From assembly GCA_963774095.1 (NCBI GenBank), contig CAVZDS010000005.1, positions 31,949 to 95,948 on the forward strand: a DNA stretch of 64,000 nt. Reading direction: 5' to 3'. The stretch is from an uncultured Thermoleophilaceae bacterium. GTDB taxonomy: Bacteria > Actinomycetota > Thermoleophilia > Solirubrobacterales > Thermoleophilaceae. Below, in pieces: positions 16,764 to 25,129 of this stretch; position 1 is the stretch's first letter; every line of letters begins with the position of its first letter. A model generated the notes under the pieces. The model ran no database searches. It worked only from the letters and a program-made list of their open reading frames with translations, and was not told the origin of the DNA. The translations under genes and the position numbers were made by a program.

Positions 16764-17986
16764 CAGCCCCCGCCCGCGGCCTTGCAGAGGTTCACCCGGC
16801 CGAAGCCGAAGTTCGGGTCGCGGCCCGCCGGGCCGAGGTCGTCGACCGCCGCGGTGAGCCGGCTGCGGATGCCGGACGCCGTGTCGGCCGGGAACAGTTG
16901 CCAGAGCACGCCGGCGACGCCCGAGGCGTGCGGCGTGGCCATCGAGGTGCCCGACAGCTCCATGTACTGGCCGCCCGGGATCGTGGACAGCACGTCCACG
17001 CCCGGTGCCGCGACCTCCACGTCGGAGTTGGCGTTCGAGAACGAAGCGCGCGCGTCGCTGGAGTCCGTGGCGGCCACCGACACGACCTGCGCGTAGCCGG
17101 CGGGGTAATTCACGGTGGAGTCACCGTCGTTGCCCGCGGCGGCGATCAGCACGGAGCCGGTGGCGGAGCCGTTCTCCCAGGCGTTCGCCACGACGCTCTG
17201 GAGCGTCGTTGACTGCCCGCCGCCGAGGCTCATCGAAATCACCTTCGCGCCCTTCGAGTGCGCCCAGGTGATGCAGTTGGCCACGTCGGAGGTGAGACCC
17301 ACTCCGGCCCCTCCGCGCAGTGCCTTGCAGATCACGAGGCTGGCGTTGAACGCCACGCCGGCCACGCCCGTGGCGTTGTTCGCCTTGGCGGCGATCGTGC
17401 CGGCCACGTGGGTGCCGTGGAGGCTGTCGTCGAAGCACTCGCCGTCGACCACGGTCCCGCCGATCGCGTCGCCGCAGTTCACGGCCTTGCCGCTCAGCTC
17501 GGGATGGGTCTGGTCGATCCCAGTATCGACGATGCCGATCTTGACCCCGCCGCTGGCGGGGAAGGCGCCGAGCCCGGCTGCGTCCCAGCCCTCGGGCGCG
17601 TCGATGTCGGCGTCCACGGCGCCGCCGGTCTGGCCGACGTTGTTGAGGCCGTAGAGTTGGCTGAAGAGCGGGTCGTTGGGCACGGCAGACGCCTTCAAGA
17701 TGAAGTTCGGCTCCGCATAGGAGACGAGTGCGCTGCGGTTGAGCCGGTCGGCGACCACGGCCGGGTCGCCCTGGACCCGGACCACGTCCGCCCCGACGCC
17801 CGCAACGGAGCCGACCTTCCCGCCCACGCCGCTGGCGGCGAAGAGTGCGGCGCGTTCCGGCGCGGATACGCCGCTCGCGAGTTTGACGATTACCGTGTCT
17901 GTGTCGTAGCTGGCCGCCTGTGCCGAGCTGGCGAGAGCCGCGCCCAGAACAAGCAGGCAGATAACACTAAGGATGCCCCTGCGCAT
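16760..17986 (-). CDS. Secreted subtilisin-like serine protease (peptidase S8)
   Basis: Signal peptide MRRGILSVICLLVLGAALASSAQA. Catalytic triad motifs IVDTGID, HGTHVAGTIAA and GTSMATPHASGVAG. Its stop overlaps the LuxR stop in the palindrome CTAG (16760-16763). Confidence 0.92.
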   Translation of the reverse strand: MRRGILSVICLLVLGAALASSAQAASYDTDTVIVKLASGVSAPERAALFAASGVGGKVGSVAGVGADVVRVQGDPAVVADRLNRSALVSYAEPNFILKASAVPNDPLFSQLYGLNNVGQTGGAVDADIDAPEGWDAAGLGAFPASGGVKIGIVDTGIDQTHPELSGKAVNCGDAIGGTVVDGECFDDSLHGTHVAGTIAAKANNATGVAGVAFNASLVICKALRGGAGVGLTSDVANCITWAHSKGAKVISMSLGGGQSTTLQSVVANAWENGSATGSVLIAAAGNDGDSTVNYPAGYAQVVSVAATDSSDARASFSNANSDVEVAAPGVDVLSTIPGGQYMELSGTSMATPHASGVAGVLWQLFPADTASGIRSRLTAAVDDLGPAGRDPNFGFGRVNLCKAAGGGC

Positions 17987-18043
17987 CCTTAATGCCTCAC
18001 CGGGACAGCCGTGGACTAAACGCCGGAACCGCAGAGCTTGCGG

Positions 18044-18670
18044 CTACTCGCCCGGCCTCACGTGGCCGTTGCCGCTCGCCTGCTCAGCCGCGCGCTCGGC
18101 CATCTTGATCCGCTGAAGCGCCTCCGCGAACAGGGCCTCGAGCTGCTCCAGCCGGCCGCTCTCGGAGCGCATCTCGAGCAGGGTCTGCTTCGCCGCGGGC
18201 GCCACCTCCAGGGTGGCGGCCATCCCGTAGGCGCCGAGCTGAGCGAGCAGCTCGGGCTCGGGACGCGACTCGGTCACCTCCTCGACCAGGTCCGCGTAGC
18301 GTGTGCGGGCGCGCTCGAGGGCCTCCTGGTCGGCGTCCTCGCCATCGTCGGTGAGCGGCTCGACGTCCCCGGCTGGGTAGGGGAGGTCCTCGATCCTGCG
18401 GGTGAGCCTGAACGGCTCGGTGCCCTCGATCAGGATGTTGAGGCGGCCGTCGTCGAAGCGCTCGAGCACGCGCGTGATCCGGGCGGCGCAGCCAACCTCA
18501 CGAAGGCCATCGTCCGATAGCCAGATGATTCCGAACTCGCTGTCCTGGTCGAGGCACTCGCCGACCATGAGCTTGTAGCGCTCCTCGAAGATGTGGAGCG
18601 GCACGAGCTCGCCCGGCAGCAGCACGAGTCCGAGGGGGAAGAGGGGGAAGCGCTCGACTGTCGAGGCCAT
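18044..18670 (-). CDS. LON substrate-binding (Lon N-terminal) domain protein
   Basis: FPLFPLGLVLLPGELVPLHIFEERYKLMV...GIIWL...GCAARI is typical of the stand-alone Lon N-terminal domain family. Confidence 0.85.
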   Translation of the reverse strand: MASTVERFPLFPLGLVLLPGELVPLHIFEERYKLMVGECLDQDSEFGIIWLSDDGLREVGCAARITRVLERFDDGRLNILIEGTEPFRLTRRIEDLPYPAGDVEPLTDDGEDADQEALERARTRYADLVEEVTESRPEPELLAQLGAYGMAATLEVAPAAKQTLLEMRSESGRLEQLEALFAEALQRIKMAERAAEQASGNGHVRPGE

Positions 18671-18733
18671 CTCCGCTCAGGCTAGCGCCGGACCGGCGCA
18701 CGGCTCGGCAGCGATCCTGTAGAACGCGTCCGC

Positions 18734-20371
18734 ATGGATCGGATCAGCCGCCGGCAGCTGATCGTCTCCGGCGCACTTGCGGCAGGGGCGCTGGTGGGGT
18801 CTCCGCGCCTGCTTCGCGAGGCGCTGGCCGCCCCTGCGCGAGCGGGGGTGAGCCCGTACGGCCCGCTGGGCGCGGCGGACGCGAACGGACTGATGCTGCC
18901 CCCCGGCTTCAGCTCGCGCGAGGTGGCGCGCGGGCTCTCGCAGGTGGCCGGCTATCCGTGGCCCGTCGCTCCCGACGGCCAGGCCACCTTCTCGACCACG
19001 GACGGAGGCTGGATCCTGGTCACGAACTCGGAGTTCCTCGCGCCGGCCGGGGCCGGCACGTCGGCGATCCGCTTCCGGCCAGACGGCTCCATCGCATCCG
19101 CCTATCGCATCCTCGGCCAAACGAACTTCAACTGCGCGGGCGGGCCGACCCCGTGGGGCACCTGGCTCTCGTGCGAGGAGCACGACGCGGGCCTCGTCTG
19201 GGAGTGCGACCCCGCCGGGAAGCTGTCGGCCGTTGCGCGCCCGGCGCTCGGTGTCTTCAACCACGAGGCGGCGGCGGTCGAGCCGGCGGGCCGGCGGCTG
19301 TACCTGACCGAGGACAAGCCGGACGGCGGCTTCTACCGCTTCACGCCAACGGCGTACCCGGACCTCGCCGAGGGTCTCCTCGAGGTGGCGGTGGTGGCCG
19401 CGGACGGGCAGGTGAGCTGGCGCGAGGTGCCCGACCCTGCGCCGCTCCCCGCCGAGACGCCGACCCGCAAGCAGGTTCCCGAGATGACGCCCTTCAACGG
19501 CGGCGAGGGGATCTGGCACGACGGCGGAGTCCTCTACTTCACGACCAAGGGCGACACGCGGGTCTGGGCCTACGACTCGCGCAGCGGGGTGCTGGAGATC
19601 CTCTTCGACCGCGCCACGGCGATGGACTCGTCGCTCGACGCGGTCGACAACGTGACCGTCTCGCAGGCCGGCGAGATCTTCGTGTGCGAGGACGGCGGCA
19701 ACATGGAGATCGGCCTGATCACTCCGGAGCGCGAGGTCTCGCCATTCCTACGCTTCAGCGGTGACGCGCACCCCACCGAGGGCCAGTTCAAGTCAGAGGT
19801 CTGCGGCGTGATCTTCGACCCGTCGGGCACGCGCCTCTACTGCACGTCGCAGCGCGCGCACCCGCCCGGCCCCGGCTCACCCGGGCCGGGCGCTGTGTAT
19901 GAGATCAGCGGGCCGTTCCGGCAGCCGGCCACGCCCCGCCCTGGCACCACGTTCGGGCCGCCAGCGGGCGAGCGGGCGAGCGGGCCGCTGCGCGAGGCGC
20001 AGGACGAGGACAAGGGCGAGCTGCGCGTGGCGGTGCGGCGCCGGACCGGGCGGCGCTCACTTCTTCGGCGTGGGCTTGTGGTCGAGGTGCGCGCGCCGGC
20101 GGGGGCTCAGGTCACCGTGGTGCTCGACACCGCGGACCTGGCCCGAAGCGCCGGTCAGGACGGCGTGGAGCGGCCGCGCACCCTCGTGCTCGCGCGGCGG
20201 CGCTTCCGCGGCCTCGACCGGGCGCGGCGGCCGCGCATGCGGCTGGGTCCCGTGGCACGGCGTCGCCTGAGCCGCCGCAGGCGGGGATTCGGCGCGCGCC
20301 TGCTCGTGACGGCCCGCCTGGCGGACGGCCGCAGGCTCGGTGCGGTGCGCAGAATCCGCGTGCTGGGCTGA
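18734..20371 (+). CDS. Tat-exported PhoX-like / DUF839 phosphatase-family protein with an Arg-rich C-terminal extension
   Basis: Twin-arginine signal MDRISRRQLIVSGALAAGAL. PhoX/DUF839 hallmark NCAGGPTPWGTWLSCEE, then VFNHEAAAV...LYLTEDKPDGGFYRF. The last ~120 aa are extremely Arg-rich. Confidence 0.82.
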   Translation: MDRISRRQLIVSGALAAGALVGSPRLLREALAAPARAGVSPYGPLGAADANGLMLPPGFSSREVARGLSQVAGYPWPVAPDGQATFSTTDGGWILVTNSEFLAPAGAGTSAIRFRPDGSIASAYRILGQTNFNCAGGPTPWGTWLSCEEHDAGLVWECDPAGKLSAVARPALGVFNHEAAAVEPAGRRLYLTEDKPDGGFYRFTPTAYPDLAEGLLEVAVVAADGQVSWREVPDPAPLPAETPTRKQVPEMTPFNGGEGIWHDGGVLYFTTKGDTRVWAYDSRSGVLEILFDRATAMDSSLDAVDNVTVSQAGEIFVCEDGGNMEIGLITPEREVSPFLRFSGDAHPTEGQFKSEVCGVIFDPSGTRLYCTSQRAHPPGPGSPGPGAVYEISGPFRQPATPRPGTTFGPPAGERASGPLREAQDEDKGELRVAVRRRTGRRSLLRRGLVVEVRAPAGAQVTVVLDTADLARSAGQDGVERPRTLVLARRRFRGLDRARRPRMRLGPVARRRLSRRRRGFGARLLVTARLADGRRLGAVRRIRVLG

Positions 20372-20445
20372 GCCCGGGCTTGCACGGAACGTCCAGGATT
20401 CCGGCCTAGGTTCAAGGAACCCGGCTGCGGGCCGATTCAGAGCAA

Positions 20446-20766
20446 ATGTCCATCGAGGTGACCAATGGTCTCCCTGAGGGCGCTGACCAGAGCGTGAGCG
20501 TCGAGCTCACGCTGGCTGAGGCCGAGGCGGTCAAGTCCTGGCTCCTCAAGCCGTCTGCGGATGGAAGTGCCGCCATCGACGACGAGAACGCTAAGTCGGT
20601 GATGGTGAAGCTGGGCGCGAAGCTGGATTACATCCAGGGCGTGCAGCGTGTCCGTGACGAGCTTGAGCAGGCTGGCTTCCCCACCGAGCAGCTGAGCGAC
20701 GACGACGTGGCCGACCTCGGTCGCCGCATCGCCGAGTCTCCTATCCGGCGCTACTCCGGCACCTAG
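20446..20766 (+). CDS. Small acidic hypothetical protein (106 aa)
   Basis: ATG-initiated ORF with a protein-like composition (MSIEVTNGLPEGADQSVSVELTLAEAEAVKSWLLK...). It has somewhat more A/T-ending codons than its neighbours. I recognise no family. Confidence 0.6.
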   Translation: MSIEVTNGLPEGADQSVSVELTLAEAEAVKSWLLKPSADGSAAIDDENAKSVMVKLGAKLDYIQGVQRVRDELEQAGFPTEQLSDDDVADLGRRIAESPIRRYSGT

Positions 20767-20863
20767 ACCCAACCCGCCCCGAGGCCCCGCCCCGGGAAGT
20801 CCCGACCAACGCCACGACCCTCGGCGGGGGCGGCAATGCCGTCCCCGCTACGGTCGTGTCCGC

Positions 20864-22126
20864 ATGGCTCCGCGTGCCGCGACCGGTCCCGCCCACGTGG
20901 CCGTGGTCTCGTTCCTCGCCGCCCGGGCCGCTCCCACCGGGGGCTTCTGGATCGCGCTCGCCGGTGGAGTCGCGCTCGCACGGGTGGCCGAGCGACTCGG
21001 CGCCCGGCTCGGCTTCGGCGCCAGCGCCGCCGCAATGCTCGAAACGGTGGCCATCATCGGCCCAGCACGCATCGGTGTCCCGCTCACCCAGGCGATCAGC
21101 GCCCCGATCCTGGGCCGCCTCCACGCGCGCGACGTCGGGGTCTGGCCCCAGCTGCTCGCCTGCGCCACCATTCGCCTGCTGCACAACGCGGCCACCACGG
21201 CCTTCTTCATCTGGGTGATCACGGGCGGCCTCGACGCCTACGCCGGCACCTACGACGCGATCGGCCGCCGGGTCGGGATCGAGGTGGGCACTGCCGACGC
21301 GCTGGTCCTCACGCTGGTGGGCCTGCTCGCGTGGGCCGCCTTCGCGAGCACGGTGCAGGTGCTCGTCTACCGGCGCGGGCTGCGGGCGTGGGGGCAGCTG
21401 GAACCCGAACTACAGCACCGAGGGGAGGCCCCTCCCGGGGGGTGGCAGGAAAACGTTGCGCTTTCCGCTACGAATCTCTGCCACCTGGGGAGATTCGACC
21501 CGCGGGCGGTCGCTGCGGCCGCCCTCGTCGCCTTCGTTCTACTGCTGTCGAGCACCGAGTGGGCACTGCTCGCCGCGGTGGCTGCCTGGCTCGCGCTCGC
21601 CTGGGTGCTCTCCCGCCCGGAGCGCGAGCCCGTTCCGGCCGGTCTCCTCTTCGCCGCCCTGCTTGCGGGCGGGGCGTTCGTGTTCGCGCTGGGCGGCGGG
21701 CTCGGGCTCGACACCGCCCTGCGCCGCGCCGGCCGGGCGGCACTGCTCGTGCTCGTGGCCACCTGGCTGCGGGCGGCGGCGCGCGCCGTCGGCCTGCGCG
21801 AGGTCTCGCGCCGCGTGCTCGGCCGGTTGCGCCGCCTCCCCTCGGTGCCCGAGGCCGCCGAGGTGCTCGACGCGATCGCGTCCGAGGGCCGGCTGGCGGC
21901 CGCGGGCCGTGCGCTCGGCGCGCGGCTCTCGGAGGCGCCGAAGCGGCCGGCCGCACTGCTCGACGCCGTGCTCGCCTGGGTGGTCCGCGAGGCATCCGCC
22001 TACACGCCACCCCCGCCGGGGGCGCCGCTGCGGTTGCGGGCACGCCCGCTCGACTGGGCGCTGCTGGCGTCGGCCGCGGCGCTGGTGCTGGCGCTCGAGC
22101 CAGTTCGAGCTATCGTCGGGGCGTAG
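20864..22126 (+). CDS. Hypothetical integral membrane protein (420 aa), two hydrophobic halves joined by a hydrophilic linker
   Basis: Multiple predicted TM stretches: FWIALAGGVALA, AAMLETVAIIGPA, TAFFIWVITGG, ALVLTLVGLLAWAAFA, then after the linker ALVAFVLLLSS, LLAAVAAWLALAWVL and LLFAALLAGGAFVFALGGG. The second half loosely resembles the N-terminus of a CbiQ/EcfT-type protein (RFDPRAV...), but I cannot support that assignment. Confidence 0.65.
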   Translation: MAPRAATGPAHVAVVSFLAARAAPTGGFWIALAGGVALARVAERLGARLGFGASAAAMLETVAIIGPARIGVPLTQAISAPILGRLHARDVGVWPQLLACATIRLLHNAATTAFFIWVITGGLDAYAGTYDAIGRRVGIEVGTADALVLTLVGLLAWAAFASTVQVLVYRRGLRAWGQLEPELQHRGEAPPGGWQENVALSATNLCHLGRFDPRAVAAAALVAFVLLLSSTEWALLAAVAAWLALAWVLSRPEREPVPAGLLFAALLAGGAFVFALGGGLGLDTALRRAGRAALLVLVATWLRAAARAVGLREVSRRVLGRLRRLPSVPEAAEVLDAIASEGRLAAAGRALGARLSEAPKRPAALLDAVLAWVVREASAYTPPPPGAPLRLRARPLDWALLASAAALVLALEPVRAIVGA

Positions 22127-22132
22127 CCGACC

Positions 22133-22567
22133 ATGACCACGAAGGCAGATTTCAACGCGGACGAGTGGGAGCGCCTTGCGCAGGCGCCGGCGTTCGCGGG
22201 ACTGATGGTGATCCTCGGCGACCGAGGCGGGTCGTTCCGGGAGAGCATCGCGCTCGGCAAGGCCTACGCCGCGGCGCGCCGCGACGGCGGCAGCGAGCTG
22301 CTCGAGCAGGTCGTGGCGTCACCGCCCCACGTGGATCCGAAGTCCATCACGCCCGACCAGCTGCCGGAGCGGATCCGCGAGGCGATCCGCATCGCGGGGC
22401 AGAAGGCGACCCCCGAGGAGGCCGAGGAGTACCGCCAGTTCATCCTGCGCGTGGCGGACGCCGTGGCGCACGCCCACAAGGAGGGCGGCGTCCTCGGCAT
22501 CGGCGGCAAGGAGGTCAGCGAGCAGGAGCAGGCCGTGCTCGACGAGCTCGCACGGCTGCTCTCCTAG
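22133..22567 (+). CDS. Hypothetical protein (144 aa)
   Basis: ATG 6 nt after the preceding stop. Coding-like composition (MTTKADFNADEWERLAQAPAFAGLMVILGDRGG...EEAEEYRQFILRVADAVAHAHKEGG). I recognise no family. Confidence 0.7.
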   Translation: MTTKADFNADEWERLAQAPAFAGLMVILGDRGGSFRESIALGKAYAAARRDGGSELLEQVVASPPHVDPKSITPDQLPERIREAIRIAGQKATPEEAEEYRQFILRVADAVAHAHKEGGVLGIGGKEVSEQEQAVLDELARLLS

Positions 22568-23505
22568 CCCGTAACGGCGGCGGGATCCCGTGCCGCCCAG
22601 GAGGGGGCGCGCGCTGAGATCAGCAGGTTGTAGAACAGCGCCGCCGGCAGGCGCGGCTCGAGCAGGGAGCGGTCGAGCGTCTGGAGCAGTAGGTAGCCGC
22701 GGTAGGCGTACACACGCCAGGCCCAGGGCACGTCGAGCGGGTCGGCGGACGCCTCGAGCGTGCGGTTGGCCCAGCCGAACAGGCTTGCGGCCAGCTCCTC
22801 GCCGCTCACGCGTACCGCCTCGAGGCCGGCGGCCTCCGCGTGGGCCGACAGCTCCGCGGGCGTGAAGGCGTGAACGTCCACCACCCGCTCGAGCGTGTCC
22901 TCCTCGCTGCCGTGGTTGTGGCCGTGCCCGTTCGACGGCCGCGGCGCCGCGCGCATCAGCGCCCGCCACAGCGGCGCGACCGCGTTGGCGCCGCGCTTCG
23001 GCCACGCCGCGATGCGGTCGCCGTAGTGCGACGGCTCGCCGCAGAAGGCCACCACCCCGCCGGGGCGCAGCACGCGCCGGAACTCGCGGAACGCCGCGTC
23101 CAGGTCCGGTAGGTGATGGAGCACGGCGTGGCCGAACACGAGGTCGAACGAGTGGTCTTCGAACGGCAGCGCCGAGGCCTCGCAGGCGGCGGTCTCCACG
23201 CGCTCCCCGAGCTCCGCCGCGGAGCGCTCGAGCCTGCGCAGCATTCCGGGAGAGATGTCGGTGGCCACCGCCTCGCGGATCACTCCCGCCCGCAGCAGGT
23301 TGAGGGAGAAGTAGCCCGTGCCGGCGCCGATCTCGAGCGCCCGGGCATAGCGCCTCGGCTCGTGGCCGAGCGCCTTGGCGAGCTTGCTCGTGACCTGCGC
23401 CTGACCGACGGCGTCGTACTTGATGCCCCACTTCGAGTCGTAGTGCTCGGCGGCCAGGTCGTGGTAGCGGACGTTCGCGTCCCTGATGGTCTCTGACGAC
23501 TGCAT
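22564..23505 (-). CDS. Class I SAM-dependent methyltransferase (313 aa)
   Basis: Motif I ALEIGAGTGYFSLNL, then DISPGML, FDLVFGHAVLHHLPD and LRPGGVVAF. Transcribed divergently from the next methyltransferase across 38 bp. Confidence 0.88.
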   Translation of the reverse strand: MQSSETIRDANVRYHDLAAEHYDSKWGIKYDAVGQAQVTSKLAKALGHEPRRYARALEIGAGTGYFSLNLLRAGVIREAVATDISPGMLRRLERSAAELGERVETAACEASALPFEDHSFDLVFGHAVLHHLPDLDAAFREFRRVLRPGGVVAFCGEPSHYGDRIAAWPKRGANAVAPLWRALMRAAPRPSNGHGHNHGSEEDTLERVVDVHAFTPAELSAHAEAAGLEAVRVSGEELAASLFGWANRTLEASADPLDVPWAWRVYAYRGYLLLQTLDRSLLEPRLPAALFYNLLISARAPSWAARDPAAVTG

Positions 23506-23543
23506 GGGCGCGGAGCAGCCTAGTACCTAGACTGCCTCGGCCC

Positions 23544-24302
23544 ATGCAGGACACGGTCCAGAGAGAGCAGCCGCACGGGGTCCCGCCCCTCGAGCTCACG
23601 GGCGAGCGCACGCTGCCCGACGTGCCGGCCGAGAACTACTGGTTCCGCCGCCACCTCGCCGTTTACGAGTGGGTCGCCGAGCGCTGCCAGGGTCGCGATG
23701 TGGTCGACATGGCCTGCGGCGAGGGCTACGGCGTCGAGGTGCTGGCGGCACGCGCGCGCACGGTCACGGGCGTGGACGCCAACCCGGAGGCACACGAGCA
23801 CGCGCGCCTCAAGTACACCCGTCCGGGCATCAGCTTCGTGCGCGACCTCGTCGAGAACTACTCTGAGCCCTGCGACGCGGTCGTGTTCCTCCAGACGATC
23901 GAGCACGTGGCGGACCCCGAGGCGGTCCTGCGGCACTTCCGCGACATGCTCCGGCCGGGTGGTGTCGCGTACGTCTCGACGCCCAACCTGCTCACGCTGG
24001 CGCCGCCCGGGGCGCCGAAGTCGGACAACCCCTGGCACCTGAAGGAGTACCGCGCGGAGGAGTTCAGGGCGCTCTGCGAGAGCGTCTTCGCCGACGTCGA
24101 GCTGCTCGGGCTCTTCCACGCCCGCGTGCTGCGGGCGCACGAGCTGGCGCTGCGGGCGGGCTGGGACCGCGTGCACGCCGCGCTCGGGATCACGAAGACC
24201 TTCTACGACCGCTTCACGCCCGCAATATCCGCTCGCGACTTCGCGCTCCGGCCCGGCCGCCTCGACCGGGCGCTCGACTTCGTCGCCGTGCTTCGCCCTT
24301 GA
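23544..24302 (+). CDS. Class I SAM-dependent methyltransferase (252 aa)
   Basis: Motif I VVDMACGEGYGVEVLA, then VTGVDANPEA, DAVVFLQTIEHVADP and LRPGGVAYVSTPN. Confidence 0.88.
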   Translation: MQDTVQREQPHGVPPLELTGERTLPDVPAENYWFRRHLAVYEWVAERCQGRDVVDMACGEGYGVEVLAARARTVTGVDANPEAHEHARLKYTRPGISFVRDLVENYSEPCDAVVFLQTIEHVADPEAVLRHFRDMLRPGGVAYVSTPNLLTLAPPGAPKSDNPWHLKEYRAEEFRALCESVFADVELLGLFHARVLRAHELALRAGWDRVHAALGITKTFYDRFTPAISARDFALRPGRLDRALDFVAVLRP

Positions 24303-25129
24303 GGCGACGCGACGCGCAGCAGGGGATCGCTCCGCCACCAGACCCGCCCGAGCTGCCCGAGGCGGCCGGTCCCCAGTGGCCGCCCTCGTTCGCGCCCGCG
24401 GCGCTCTTTGGCTCGTTCGCGGCGATCGTCGTCGCGGGAGCGCCGCTGCTCCCGGTGATCCTCACCTACGGGATCTCAGACGCCCTGGCCGGAGTGGCGC
24501 TGCTCGCGCTGCTGCTCGTCCAGGACGGCCTGCTCGTACTCGCCGCGGTGCTGTTCGCGTCGATCAAGCGCAGGCCGCGCCGCTGGCACTTCGGCATACG
24601 CGCCACGCGGTTCTGGCCGACGGTGGGCTGGGCGGTGCTCGCCTTCGCGGTGATGATGGGCATCGAGTTCGGCTACGTCGAGCTGTTCGGGCTCGACCAG
24701 TCCGACGTGGACGAGCTCGGCGAGGACAACCTCATCGCCGGGTTCGCGGTCTCCGTCGCGGTGATCGTCGTGGCGCCGGTGGCCGAGGAGATCTTCTTCC
24801 GCGCGTTCTTCTACCGGGCGCTGCGGACGCGGCTCCGCGTGTGGCCCGCCGCGCTGATAGACGGGATCGTGTTCGGGTCGCTCCACTTCCAGGGCTTCGA
24901 CACGGCCATCATCCTGCCGGTGATCGCGCTCTTCGGAGTGGGACAGTGTCTGGTCTACGAGCGCACTGGCTCGCTGTTCGCCGTGATCGCCATCCATGCC
25001 GCCTTCAACACCGTCGCCATGCTCTATGTCGCTCCGCTTCCAGCCCTCCTCGTCGGCGTGTCCGTGATCCTCTGCTGCCTGCTGGCGCCGCTGAAGGCGG
25101 GGCGCTGGCCAAGCCCGGTGCCGGCATGA
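24299..25129 (+). CDS. CPBP family intramembrane glutamic endopeptidase (CAAX protease-like)
   Basis: Motif 1 APVAEEIFFRAFFYRAL, motif 2 DGIVFGSLHF, motif 3 IAIHAAFN, plus several TM segments. The TTG start overlaps the methyltransferase stop (TTGA at 24299-24302). No in-frame ATG occurs near the N-terminus, so the start is uncertain. Confidence 0.8.
   Translation: MRRRDAQQGIAPPPDPPELPEAAGPQWPPSFAPAALFGSFAAIVVAGAPLLPVILTYGISDALAGVALLALLLVQDGLLVLAAVLFASIKRRPRRWHFGIRATRFWPTVGWAVLAFAVMMGIEFGYVELFGLDQSDVDELGEDNLIAGFAVSVAVIVVAPVAEEIFFRAFFYRALRTRLRVWPAALIDGIVFGSLHFQGFDTAIILPVIALFGVGQCLVYERTGSLFAVIAIHAAFNTVAMLYVAPLPALLVGVSVILCCLLAPLKAGRWPSPVPA

Noticed and set aside
21400-21480. A lower-GC stretch with a short hairpin (GGGAG 21423-21427 / CTCCC 21432-21436) in the middle of the 420-aa membrane-protein ORF, which might mark a boundary between two genes or an inserted element
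   Set aside because: The frame is continuous with no stop. No in-frame start with an SD follows. The stem is only 5 bp and there are no repeats flanking it. I treat it as an interdomain linker.
24299-25129. The idea that the CPBP protease is the sorting enzyme for the C-terminally anchored binding protein at 47937-49727
   Set aside because: The two genes are 23 kb apart and belong to unrelated operons. No shared motif is visible. I keep this only as a remote possibility under the SBP finding.
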